In this document: positions 54,147 to 63,299 of the stretch, piece after piece
Position numbering within the stretch: position 1 is the stretch's first letter
Layout: the number at the start of each line of letters is the position of its first letter
Origin: an uncultured Rivularia sp.
GTDB lineage: Bacteria > Cyanobacteriota > Cyanobacteriia > Cyanobacteriales > Nostocaceae
DNA: 64,000 bases
NCBI GenBank assembly: GCA_963665115.1
Contig: OY762007.1
Span: 1,504,001 to 1,568,000 of the forward strand
Direction of reading: 5' to 3'
Notes under the pieces: model-generated
Seen by the model: only the letters and a program-made list of their open reading frames with translations
Databases searched by the model: none
What the model was told of the DNA's origin: nothing
Position numbers and translations under genes: made by a program

Positions 54147-55946
54147 ATGCCTAATCAAAGTCTTTATTTAAGTTTACCTAAATTAGAATTAGGAGGACAA
54201 TTAGCTCCTCCAGAATTAGAAAAAGATTTGTTGCAAATTACTGTAGAAGAAAGTCTACATTTGCCTGCAATGTTTACAATTGTAGTTCACAATAGCTATC
54301 TTCCAACTAGCGATAAATCGGAATATCAACCTTGGAGACACGAGAAGCTATTTGAAATTGGCAAAAAGGTAAAGATTGGTTTTATTTCTAGTACTACCCA
54401 AGACCCAAATTTCGACCAAGAAGAAGAAGGTTATTTAATTGAAGGTGAAATTACAGCAATTGAAGTTCATTTTAATAGTAAGTCTGAAGCTCCTATTATT
54501 GTAAGAGGTTATGATAAATCTCATCGGCTTCACCGAGGACGACATAATCGCTCTTTTTTAAATAATACTGATAGCGATATAGTGCGTAAAATTGCCAAAG
54601 AAGTAGCTATTGATCTCGGACAAATAAGCGAAAGTGGGGAAGTTCATGAGTATGTTTTTCAAGAAAATCAAACTAATATGAACTTTCTCAGAGAAAGAGC
54701 TGCTCGGATTGGTTTTGAACTTTTTGTAGAAGATGGAAAAATCAATTTTCGCAAACCTGAAACTAAGGAACTTGTTGAACTAAAGTGGTTAAAAGAAATC
54801 AGTAAATTCAGTACTCGTGTTACTAGTGCAGAACAAGTTAGCTCGGTAGAAGTTCGTAGTTGGGACTATACGAAGAAGAAATTGGTAACAGAAACAGCAA
54901 AATCAGAAAAAGTAATAACTGATACTGGGAATAAAAAAGGAAGTGATTGTTCTAACAAGTTTAATTTAAATAAACCTCCAAAGATGGTTGTTGTAGATAA
55001 GCCAGTTTCTAGTGCTAAACAAGCTGAAGTTATGGCTCAATCTTTATGCAATGAATTGGGTGGAGAGTTTGTCTACGCTGATGCAACGGCTGAAGGTAAT
55101 CCTAGAGTTCGACCGGGACGTTTTGTCAATCTTACGGAAATGGGCGATCGCTTTAGCGGTAAATATTACATTACGGAGACGCGCCATATATACAATCAAC
55201 GAGTTTATACAACCGAATTTAGCGTTCGAGGATTACGTGCTGGTAATTTATTTACTTCCATATCTCAGCAAAAAAGTTTACAGCCCGGTCAAACATTTTT
55301 GGTCGGAATTGTTACCAACAACAAAGATCCTGAAGGTTTGGGTAGAGTCAAAGTTAAGTTTCCTACTCTTACACAAGAACATGAAAGTTACTGGGCTAGA
55401 GTTGTAGGGGTTGGAGCGGGAAAATCTCGCGGTTTTTATTGCTTACCAGAAATCAATGACGAAGTTTTGGTTGGTTTTGAACATGGTGATATTCATCGTC
55501 CTTACATTATTGGTGGTGTATGGAACGGCAAGGACAAAACACCCGAAAATGTCAACAATACTATACAAGGTGGTAAAGTGCGTTTGCGAACAATTAAAAC
55601 TCGCACTGGTCATACTATTGAGTTTGTTGAAGAGAGAAAAGCTTCTAGCAAAGCCGGTGTCAAAATAGAAACTGCTGGAGGTCACAAACTACATTTAAAT
55701 GATTCTGATGGATGTGTGGAAATCAAGACTAAACGGGGTCATAAAATGGTTCTTGATGATAAGTGGAAAAAAATAGAGCTTAAAACCACACTTGGTCATG
55801 AAATTAAGATGGCAGATTTTGGTCCACTTGGTCCTACGCTTTCTATTAGTTCGATGGGAAATCTAGTATTTAAAGCTAATACGGCGATTTTTACCAGCAG
55901 ACCTATAGTACCAATACCACCAACTGTTCCACCAGGGTTTCCTTAA
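54147..55946 (+). CDS. VgrG-related spike (Afp8-like)
   Basis: SHRLHRGR, Q.NQTN..FL.ERA, GIVTNNKDPEGLGRVKVKFP, LPEINDEVLVGFEHGD, short beta-helix, Pro-rich end. Confidence 0.93.
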   Translation: MPNQSLYLSLPKLELGGQLAPPELEKDLLQITVEESLHLPAMFTIVVHNSYLPTSDKSEYQPWRHEKLFEIGKKVKIGFISSTTQDPNFDQEEEGYLIEGEITAIEVHFNSKSEAPIIVRGYDKSHRLHRGRHNRSFLNNTDSDIVRKIAKEVAIDLGQISESGEVHEYVFQENQTNMNFLRERAARIGFELFVEDGKINFRKPETKELVELKWLKEISKFSTRVTSAEQVSSVEVRSWDYTKKKLVTETAKSEKVITDTGNKKGSDCSNKFNLNKPPKMVVVDKPVSSAKQAEVMAQSLCNELGGEFVYADATAEGNPRVRPGRFVNLTEMGDRFSGKYYITETRHIYNQRVYTTEFSVRGLRAGNLFTSISQQKSLQPGQTFLVGIVTNNKDPEGLGRVKVKFPTLTQEHESYWARVVGVGAGKSRGFYCLPEINDEVLVGFEHGDIHRPYIIGGVWNGKDKTPENVNNTIQGGKVRLRTIKTRTGHTIEFVEERKASSKAGVKIETAGGHKLHLNDSDGCVEIKTKRGHKMVLDDKWKKIELKTTLGHEIKMADFGPLGPTLSISSMGNLVFKANTAIFTSRPIVPIPPTVPPGFP

Positions 55947-56062
55947 TACAGCGTAAGTTTCGTGACGAAGCAGCGAGTAGCGAGTAGCAGTTGTGATTTC
56001 ACATTGAAGGGAGACGTAGCATTGCTACGTCTCTACAATAGTTAGGTTAGAAAAACATAAAC

Positions 56063-56076
56063 TCGACTTTTGGCGA
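56063..56076. promoter_or_regulatory. Putative regulator box TCGACTTTTGGCGA
   Basis: 72 nt upstream of the gp25 ATG once the intervening MITE plus TSD (151 nt) is removed. Confidence 0.5.
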
Positions 56077-56113
56077 ATAGGCTAATACCTTATATGGCAA
56101 TATCTTGAATTTA

Positions 56114-56256
56114 GGCGTTGCTGATTAAAAGTATGAATTGCCCCCTAACCCCCAATTCTGGGGGAACAAAACAATCAAAAGTCCCCCATTTTTAAGGGAT
56201 TTAGGGGGCATTACTATGAAGGAAAAAATAAATTCATACCCGGATTCAGCAACGCT
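56114..56256. mobile_element. MITE family A (inverted relative to the 10861 copy), TSD TGAATTTA
   Basis: TIRs, flanking duplication and high similarity to the reverse complement of 10861-11027. Confidence 0.85.
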
Positions 56257-56299
56257 TGAATTTATATACAAGTTCATATTTATCCTGATAACTGCCACT

Positions 56300-56720
56300 A
56301 TGACAAACCCACTTTATAATAAGCCGCGAGAATATTTAGGGAAAGGTTGGGCTTTTCCGCTACAGTTGAGCTTGCAGGGAGGAATAAAGTTCAGCAGTGA
56401 AGAACAGAAAGTCAAAGAATCAATCTGGATTATTCTTCGTACTAGCGTCGGTGAGCGGGTTTATCGACCTAATTTTGGTTCGAGGTTATCAGAATTAGCT
56501 TTTGCTCCCATGAATAGCGAAACTCTACTGCAAATTCGCATCTATGTTTTAGAAGCTTTAGAAGTTTGGGAACCCCGGATTATAGTCGATGAAGTCCGCA
56601 CCGATGCAGACCCCAGTACGTGGAAAAGTAGATATTATCGTCAACTATAAACTAAAAGATTATCCCGATGTTTACAGCTTAGTTTATCCTTTCTACTTAC
56701 TTTCATCGACGGAGATTTGA
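56300..56720 (+). CDS. GPW/gp25 family baseplate protein (Afp9-like; frameshift near 56612)
   Basis: LGKGWAFP, ILRT..GERVYRPNFG, WEPRI; removing one C gives DPVRGKVDIIVNY..SLVYPFYL, ending at TGA 56720. Confidence 0.9.
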
Positions 56721-56949
56721 GGATTGGGGATTGGGAGACAAGGACACAAGGAGATGGGGAGACAAGGAGACAGGGAGCAGGATGTTTCACTACATTGTTA
56801 AATTATTTCTTCCTAACTAACTCTTAACTATTCTCGTTTCCCAATTATCAATTACCAATTATCAATCACCAATCACCAATCCAAAATCCAAAATCCAAAA
56901 TCCAAAATAAACGCATCCGTTGTTAAAATCTAAAATCTAAAATATTATT

Positions 56950-59151
56950 GTGGAATTCGATTTTTTACCTAAATTACCTTCTTCTAATCTAGATGACCGC
57001 ACCTTTGATGATTTGGTGGAGGAATGCATTATGCGTATTCCTCGCTATTGTCCGGAGTGGACTGACCATAATCTAAGCGATCCAGGAGTTACGCTAATTG
57101 AGTTGTTCGCTTGGTTAACTGACCAAATGCTACTCAGGTTTAACCAAGTACCTCGTAAAAATTATGTTGCTTTTCTGGAATTACTGGGTATTCGTCTGCA
57201 ACCTCCAGCCCCTGCTCGTACTGAGTTAACGTTTTATTTGAGTTCGGATTTGCCGGAGGCTTATACTATTCCAGAAGCATTTGAAGTTTCTACCGTGCGG
57301 ACGGAAAGCGCAGAAGCAATTACTTTTAGTACTGATTCTCCTCTGATAATCGCTAAACCTCGACTCTTACATTTTCTGACAGCGCAAAATGCCGAAATAA
57401 TCCCTCAATCTTTGCGAGAAAGAGTTACAGTTACTTGGAATCGTCAAGCAGATGATTTTTGGGAAGGTAACGAGCAGTCAATATTTGAAGACGAACCACA
57501 ACAGGGAAATTGTTTTTACATAGTTATTGATGCAGATGAACCTTTGGATGGAAATGTTTTAGAAGTTGCTTTTAGAGGAGCTAGCGCGACACCGACTGGT
57601 ATTAATCCTAATCAACCTCCACGTCGCTGGGAAGCTTGGGATGGAGAGAACTGGCAGTCTGTTTTAATACAAGAAGCAGATGATAAAACCCGAGGCTTCA
57701 GTTTTTACGAACTAATCCAGCAAGGTGGTAGTCCGGAGGAAGGTGCAGAAACACGCTTGCATTTACCACAGACTTTTCCAGCCACAAATTTTACATCCTA
57801 TCGCGGTCGCTGGTTGCGGTGCGTTTATACGGAATCAGAAAGAAATCAGCCCGGTTATAATAGTTCTCCACGTATCACCGCTTTGGGAGTAAGGTCTACT
57901 GGTGGTACTGTGCGGGGAAGTCAAAGCAATCTCAAAGAGGACGAACGACTGGGAATTAGTAATGGTATGCCGGGACAGACTTTTCAATTACAAGAAACTC
58001 CAGTTTTAGAACGTCGAGAACACGAATATATTATAGTTACTCCTCCCGGTGGCTTACCTCAAAGATGGCAAGAAGTCAGGGATTTTGCTGATAGTACATC
58101 GCAAGATTTACACTACACCATTGATTCTATTACTGGCACAGTTCAATTTGGCCCTTTGATTCGCGAACCCAGTCAAATAAAACTTGAAACAGAGATGCGT
58201 AAAGGAATTCAACTGGCTACAGCAGATGATACTATTTTTCAATTAAGCGATATTGAAAGAAACAAGCAACAGCATCAATATGGAGCAATTCCCGTGCGAG
58301 GTGCTGAAGTTAGAATGGTTGCTTATCATTCGGGAGGAGGTAGACAGGGAAACGTTCAAGCTCATAGTTTAAGATTTTTGAAGTCCGCAATACCTTACGT
58401 CGCTAGCGTCACGAATCATAAACCAGCTATCAACGGAGCAGATGCAGAATCCTTAGAGCAAGCAGTTGTAAGGGCACCGCGAGTTTTACGTACTCGCGAT
58501 CGCGCTGTCACGGCCGAAGATTTTGAAGTATTAGCTCAACAAGCTGGTTTAGGAGCAATTGCTCGGGTGCGGTGTTTGAGTGCCGATCGCACCGGACAAC
58601 CGGGTACGGTTGGTTTAATGATTGTTCCCAAAACAAATACTGATGCAATTGCTTATGGTTCGGGTTTGTCTCCAGAAAAATTTGACTTAAGTCCAGCATT
58701 GCAAGAACAAGTATTAAGTTACTTAGATGATAGAAAGCTATTAGGGGTGCGAGTTCAACTGCATCAACCAGAATATGTAGGAGTTGCGGTTCAAACAGAA
58801 ATAGCTTTAGAACCACTTTACGACAATCCCCTAGCTCGGCAAGAAATTATCCGTAAAATAAAGATTTCGCTGTATAAATTTTTAAATCCTCTGACTGGTG
58901 GAATGGATGGAAAAGGTTGGGCTTTTGGAAGACCTGTTTATGAATCCGATATCGTAGCATTGCTGCAAAAAGCCCAAGGAGTGCGCTATCTAGGTCCCGT
59001 GCTGCTATTTCCCATACGCAAGCAAGAAGATACTTGGGTACGTCAATCTTCCCCAGATAGAGTTATTGACCCTGGATTACAAGGTTTGGTTTGTTCCTGG
59101 GACAATATCAATTTACGTTCGAGTCATGTTGTGAATATTATCAATCGTTGA
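56950..59151 (+). CDS. Baseplate J-like wedge protein (Afp11-like)
   Basis: NLDDRTFDDL, PEWTDHN.SDPGVTLIELFA, GADAES, RDRAVTAEDFE, GWAFGRPV. Confidence 0.93.
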   Translation: MEFDFLPKLPSSNLDDRTFDDLVEECIMRIPRYCPEWTDHNLSDPGVTLIELFAWLTDQMLLRFNQVPRKNYVAFLELLGIRLQPPAPARTELTFYLSSDLPEAYTIPEAFEVSTVRTESAEAITFSTDSPLIIAKPRLLHFLTAQNAEIIPQSLRERVTVTWNRQADDFWEGNEQSIFEDEPQQGNCFYIVIDADEPLDGNVLEVAFRGASATPTGINPNQPPRRWEAWDGENWQSVLIQEADDKTRGFSFYELIQQGGSPEEGAETRLHLPQTFPATNFTSYRGRWLRCVYTESERNQPGYNSSPRITALGVRSTGGTVRGSQSNLKEDERLGISNGMPGQTFQLQETPVLERREHEYIIVTPPGGLPQRWQEVRDFADSTSQDLHYTIDSITGTVQFGPLIREPSQIKLETEMRKGIQLATADDTIFQLSDIERNKQQHQYGAIPVRGAEVRMVAYHSGGGRQGNVQAHSLRFLKSAIPYVASVTNHKPAINGADAESLEQAVVRAPRVLRTRDRAVTAEDFEVLAQQAGLGAIARVRCLSADRTGQPGTVGLMIVPKTNTDAIAYGSGLSPEKFDLSPALQEQVLSYLDDRKLLGVRVQLHQPEYVGVAVQTEIALEPLYDNPLARQEIIRKIKISLYKFLNPLTGGMDGKGWAFGRPVYESDIVALLQKAQGVRYLGPVLLFPIRKQEDTWVRQSSPDRVIDPGLQGLVCSWDNINLRSSHVVNIINR

Positions 59152-59199
59152 AAATGAAATGATTTACGTCAAACAAGTAAAAAATAAGTAAAAAACTTC

Positions 59200-60228
59200 A
59201 TGGTACAGAGTCGCTTTAGTCCCACAGTGGAAATAGACTTAACCCCAATGCAAATTCCAGAAGCTTTACCTGGAACAGCTTTGGCATTTATAGGGTCGGA
59301 AATTGATGTCGCAGGACATAGCTTAGTGCTGCATCCCGGACAATCAAGCGAAATGATTGTACAAATCAGAAACTTGAGTACCCATCCAATCAACTTAGAA
59401 TTACAAGTTGAGGGTAATTTTCCCTTTGAATGGTGTAGCATCGGCACTGAAGGTAATCAACTTGCACCTAGAGGAGAGATGCAAGCAGTCCTTCGTTTTC
59501 AGATTCCCGAGTCATTTTTTGAAGACCGACAAGCAATAGCACCGAATAAAAATGAAAAATTAGAAATTAACTTTCGCTGCTTTGTAATTTTACATATAAA
59601 CCGGGGAACAGACCGAGAACAAATTGAAAGAAGCGACGAATTCAATTTGTATGTACGTCCTTGGTCTAATTACATGGAATTTTTACCGCTTCTATATAGA
59701 GAAGTGGATTTTATTGGTAGGTTGATAAAAATATTTGAAGAAGCTTATCAACCAGTGGTAAATAGTTTTTCAGCGATGTGGGCAAACCTTGACCCTTTAA
59801 CAGCACCGCAAAGACTATTACCATTTTTAGCTTATTGGGTTGCTTGGGAAGTAGACCCAGCTTGGGATTTAGGAAAACAACGTCGTTTAATTAGCCGTGC
59901 GGTTGAACTATATCGATGGCGAGGTACTCGTAAAGGTTTGCGGCTTTATTTACATTTATATACAGGATTGCCTTTAGACGAAGAATTACCCAATGAAAGC
60001 GATAAACATATAAGTATTACAGAACCTTTTGGTAATAGTTTTATTCTCAATGATGCAGAATTAAATAATGCAGTATTAGGAGGAGGACAATCATATCATT
60101 TTGTCGTGCGATTGCGTTCCGATAGTGATAAATATATTATCCGCGAGGAATTAGTAAAAATAATTGTAGAGCAAGAAAAACCTGCTTTTTGCACTTATGA
60201 ATTATATATAGAAAATCATCATAATTAA
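59200..60228 (+). CDS. Baseplate wedge / phage tail protein (P2 gpI/Afp12-like) with N-terminal Ig-like domain
   Basis: FLP.LYRE, LDPLTAP..LLPFLAYWV, AVELYRWRGT..GL, EKPAFC.Y. Confidence 0.88.
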   Translation: MVQSRFSPTVEIDLTPMQIPEALPGTALAFIGSEIDVAGHSLVLHPGQSSEMIVQIRNLSTHPINLELQVEGNFPFEWCSIGTEGNQLAPRGEMQAVLRFQIPESFFEDRQAIAPNKNEKLEINFRCFVILHINRGTDREQIERSDEFNLYVRPWSNYMEFLPLLYREVDFIGRLIKIFEEAYQPVVNSFSAMWANLDPLTAPQRLLPFLAYWVAWEVDPAWDLGKQRRLISRAVELYRWRGTRKGLRLYLHLYTGLPLDEELPNESDKHISITEPFGNSFILNDAELNNAVLGGGQSYHFVVRLRSDSDKYIIREELVKIIVEQEKPAFCTYELYIENHHN

Positions 60229-60379
60229 ACGAATTTACGCTTACATAAATAGCTGAACAAAAATAATATATTTTCCGTAAAAATAATGAAATTTAGAATA
60301 AATTCATAAACTAATAACTCCTAACTCTTAACTCATAACTCCCTACTTTGTACTTTCTACTTTCTACTCCCTACTCACC

Positions 60380-61579
60380 ATGTCTCACCCATTTCCCCCA
60401 CCATCAATTCAACCATTTGACCGTCTTCAACCAGCGGATGGTTTGCTTATAAATGCCGAACGCTGGCGTACAGCCCACAATTATCATCGTCAGCGACAAA
60501 ATACTCACTACCAATGTTTAAACCAGCCAGGAATTGTTTGCGGTTTGGGAGTACGTGATATTCCCGCACCTAGTAAAGTTCAAGCTAAATATAGAGATGG
60601 ACGTTGGGTACAAATTCAACCAGGTATCGCTATTGATTTAGCTGGTAATTTAATAGTTGTACCAGAACCTTTCGATTTTCCAATTGATTTAGAAGTTGCC
60701 AAAACCGAGCCAATTTTAGTTTATTTAACAGTGAGTTATGTAGACCCGAAAGATTTACGCTCCCGGAATTCTAGAGAAATAGTTAGAGAAGCTTATCGGT
60801 TCGACCAAAGAAACTCTACACTTGATATTTCCGAAATAGAAATTTGTCGCATACTTTTACAACCAGGACAAAAGAATGTTACCCAACCAGGTGATATATT
60901 TTTTCCCGGTTATAACGATATAGACTTACGCTATCGTCGTCAAGCGCAAGCACGTCCGCAAGCAATTGTACGTGTGGCACAGGTCAATCATGCTGATTCA
61001 GAATGCGCTCGTAATTTCTTCAATTTATCTTATTTCTTACAATCAATTGAGCCTCTATATCCTTATTTGAGAGGTCTTGAGGAGCCGGGACAAACAACTT
61101 TATCAAAAAATATTCAAGAATACGATTTATTGTATTTAACAGGTCAACAAGAATTATCAATTAGCAACGTCGAATTTGAAGCTTTAAAAAAATATTTAGA
61201 TATGGGAGGAATAGTTTTAATTGATGCACCAGCAGATGCAGAAGCTTTGATTAATAGTACCTATGCTTTGGCTGAAAAATTGCAAATTCCTCTTAAAAAA
61301 TCAGCAGAATTACGACGCGACCATCCCTTAAGAACCCGACCATTTTTATTTGCAGGATTACCGATAGTGAATCAGAAAACAATTGAAATAGTAGCTGGTG
61401 GAGGAATAATTTTAATTATTGGAGATTTAGCATCAGCTTGGGGATTGGATAAAGATTTAAAAATGCCTAGATTGGCAATCCGTACCGCGCAGGAATTCGG
61501 AATTAATATTATTTCTTACGCTTGGAAACGTCGTCAATTAATAGGTTTGCAGCAAGAAGATGATTCTGGAAAATGGTAA
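60380..61579 (+). CDS. CIS fibre/baseplate-attached protein with C-terminal DUF4159-like domain
   Basis: N-terminal RL...DGLL....W...H.YHR.R..PGIVCGL.V..IQPGIAID.AGN (Afp13-like attachment region); C-terminal LLYLTG..YL..GG..LID..HPL..AQEFGINI. Confidence 0.7.
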   Translation: MSHPFPPPSIQPFDRLQPADGLLINAERWRTAHNYHRQRQNTHYQCLNQPGIVCGLGVRDIPAPSKVQAKYRDGRWVQIQPGIAIDLAGNLIVVPEPFDFPIDLEVAKTEPILVYLTVSYVDPKDLRSRNSREIVREAYRFDQRNSTLDISEIEICRILLQPGQKNVTQPGDIFFPGYNDIDLRYRRQAQARPQAIVRVAQVNHADSECARNFFNLSYFLQSIEPLYPYLRGLEEPGQTTLSKNIQEYDLLYLTGQQELSISNVEFEALKKYLDMGGIVLIDAPADAEALINSTYALAEKLQIPLKKSAELRRDHPLRTRPFLFAGLPIVNQKTIEIVAGGGIILIIGDLASAWGLDKDLKMPRLAIRTAQEFGINIISYAWKRRQLIGLQQEDDSGKW

Positions 61580-61589
61580 GAATACTTCA

Positions 61590-61699
61590 CCTGGCGGTTG
61601 AAACCGCGGCTACACAAACAAAACCCGCCTGCGCGGGTTAGAAATTGTTTAGTCCACGGAGGTGGACTTCGCCTGTGTAGTAGCGGTTTTAACCGCCGG
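61590..61699. repeat. REP/MITE-like multi-hairpin element
   Basis: GGCGGTTGAAACCGC..CTACACA...TGTGTAG..GCGGTTTTAACCGCC inverted ends with two internal hairpins. Confidence 0.75.
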
Positions 61700-61788
61700 A
61701 TACTTTTAAAACATCCTCTAAACAGAGCGGTGAAGTCAAAGGTGTATTTTACCCAACCAAAAGCCGCGACTATATAAGCTGCGAAAAC

Positions 61789-61802
61789 TAACCAAAAGTC
61801 TA
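61789..61802 (-). promoter_or_regulatory. Putative regulator box TAGACTTTTGGTTA (reverse strand)
   Basis: Matches the other three boxes; ~100 nt upstream of the kinase ATG. Confidence 0.5.
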
Positions 61803-61904
61803 AATGATTTTCTGCTGGCTCATATTAACATTTTAATTAATAGATTTGCTCTGACAATTTCTATGAAAAATTAAATCCTTTTTACTTACTTAATTGTAAA
61901 TGTA

Positions 61905-63284
61905 ATGCTGTCCGGTCATATTCTCCGCAATCGCTATAAAATTATTAAACTATTAGGAAGCGGTAGCTTCGGAATTACTTATTTAGCTGAAGATTTAGAT
62001 TTACCCGAGCATCCTTTATGTGTCGTCAAAAATCTTCGACAAAGCCAAAATCAGGAAGAGCTAGAAGCTTTCATAGTTTTTTTTGACAAAGAAGCAAAAG
62101 CTCTATACCGCTTGGGTAATGAATTAAATCAAATTCCCCGGCTTTTTGCTCACTTTGAAGAAGGAGGTGAATTTTATTTAGTACAAGAATATATTGATGG
62201 ACATGATTTGAGTCAAGAAATTTTTTCTGGCAATCAATTGAGTGAAGATAAAGTAGTTGAGCTTTTACAAGAAATTTTAGAAGTATTAACACCTATTCAC
62301 AATCAAAATATAATCCATCGAGATATCAAAGCGCAAAATTTAATGCGTCGTAAAAGTGATGGCAAAATAATATTAATCGACTTTGGAACTGTTAAAGAAA
62401 TTAGCCAGTTAAAAGTTAATCCTCAAGAAGCTACTAACGTCTCAGTAATTGTTGGTACTTATGGCTACATGCCCAGCGAACAGTTAAATGGTTATCCGAA
62501 ATTATCTAGTGACGTTTATGCTGTAGGAATGTTGGGAATTTATGCTTTAACTGGAATTAGACCGCAGGATTTACCCAAAGATCCAGATACTTTTGAAGTT
62601 ATTTGGCAAGATAAAGTTTCGGTTAGTCCCAAACTTGCAAAGGTGTTAGATAAAATGGTGCGTTCTAAATTTAAAGAACGCTATCAAACTGCTGGTGAGG
62701 CTTTACAAGCATTAATAACATCTTCAATTTCACGAAGGAATTTATTAGGAGTATCTCAAAAAATTGTGGTTGGTGTTGGAGCAGCGGTTAGTATACTTTT
62801 CGGAATTGGTTTATTATTAATGACTTTTTCGGAATCATCTGTTACTAAGGTTGAACAAAATAGTGATGTAAAATTAGCTTGCTCGGAAACAGATTTACAA
62901 TCTGCTCTAGCTCGAAATCCCGATATAAATAGAACAGGTAATAGATATTATGGAACGTTAAAAAGCGGTAAGTATCACGGTTGTGGAATCTTGATTTTTG
63001 CTAAAAGCGGCAATAAATATCGAGGACGATTTCAAGAAGGTCAATTTCACGGTCAAGGAACTTTTTTATTTAAAAATGGAGATAAATATACTGGTCAATT
63101 TAGAAATAGTCTTTACGAAGGTATAGGTAAATTAGTTTATAAAAATGGTTGCCAGTATATAGGAGAATTTAAGGAGAATCGTTTTCACGGTCAAGGAACT
63201 TGTATATCTCAAAATGGTTATCGTCAAACAAATACCTGGAATAGAGGTAAATTGGTCGGTCAAGATAAAACCTGTTGCAACTAA
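61905..63284 (+). CDS. Hanks-type Ser/Thr protein kinase with TM and MORN repeats
   Basis: LGSGSFG, VVK, HRDIK, DFG, GTYGYMPSEQ; TM; Y.G.F..G.FHGQGT repeats. Confidence 0.93.
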   Translation: MLSGHILRNRYKIIKLLGSGSFGITYLAEDLDLPEHPLCVVKNLRQSQNQEELEAFIVFFDKEAKALYRLGNELNQIPRLFAHFEEGGEFYLVQEYIDGHDLSQEIFSGNQLSEDKVVELLQEILEVLTPIHNQNIIHRDIKAQNLMRRKSDGKIILIDFGTVKEISQLKVNPQEATNVSVIVGTYGYMPSEQLNGYPKLSSDVYAVGMLGIYALTGIRPQDLPKDPDTFEVIWQDKVSVSPKLAKVLDKMVRSKFKERYQTAGEALQALITSSISRRNLLGVSQKIVVGVGAAVSILFGIGLLLMTFSESSVTKVEQNSDVKLACSETDLQSALARNPDINRTGNRYYGTLKSGKYHGCGILIFAKSGNKYRGRFQEGQFHGQGTFLFKNGDKYTGQFRNSLYEGIGKLVYKNGCQYIGEFKENRFHGQGTCISQNGYRQTNTWNRGKLVGQDKTCCN

Positions 63285-63299
63285 TTTTTAAATACAAAT

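Noticed and set aside
56138..56299. N-terminal extension of gp25 in the ORF track
   Set aside because: It lies within a MITE; ATG 56300 matches the family start
35053..61579. Prophage or T6SS
   Set aside because: No capsid, portal, terminase or integrase; no TssJLM or ClpV; the single sheath, gp19-like tubes and Pvc16 fit a CIS
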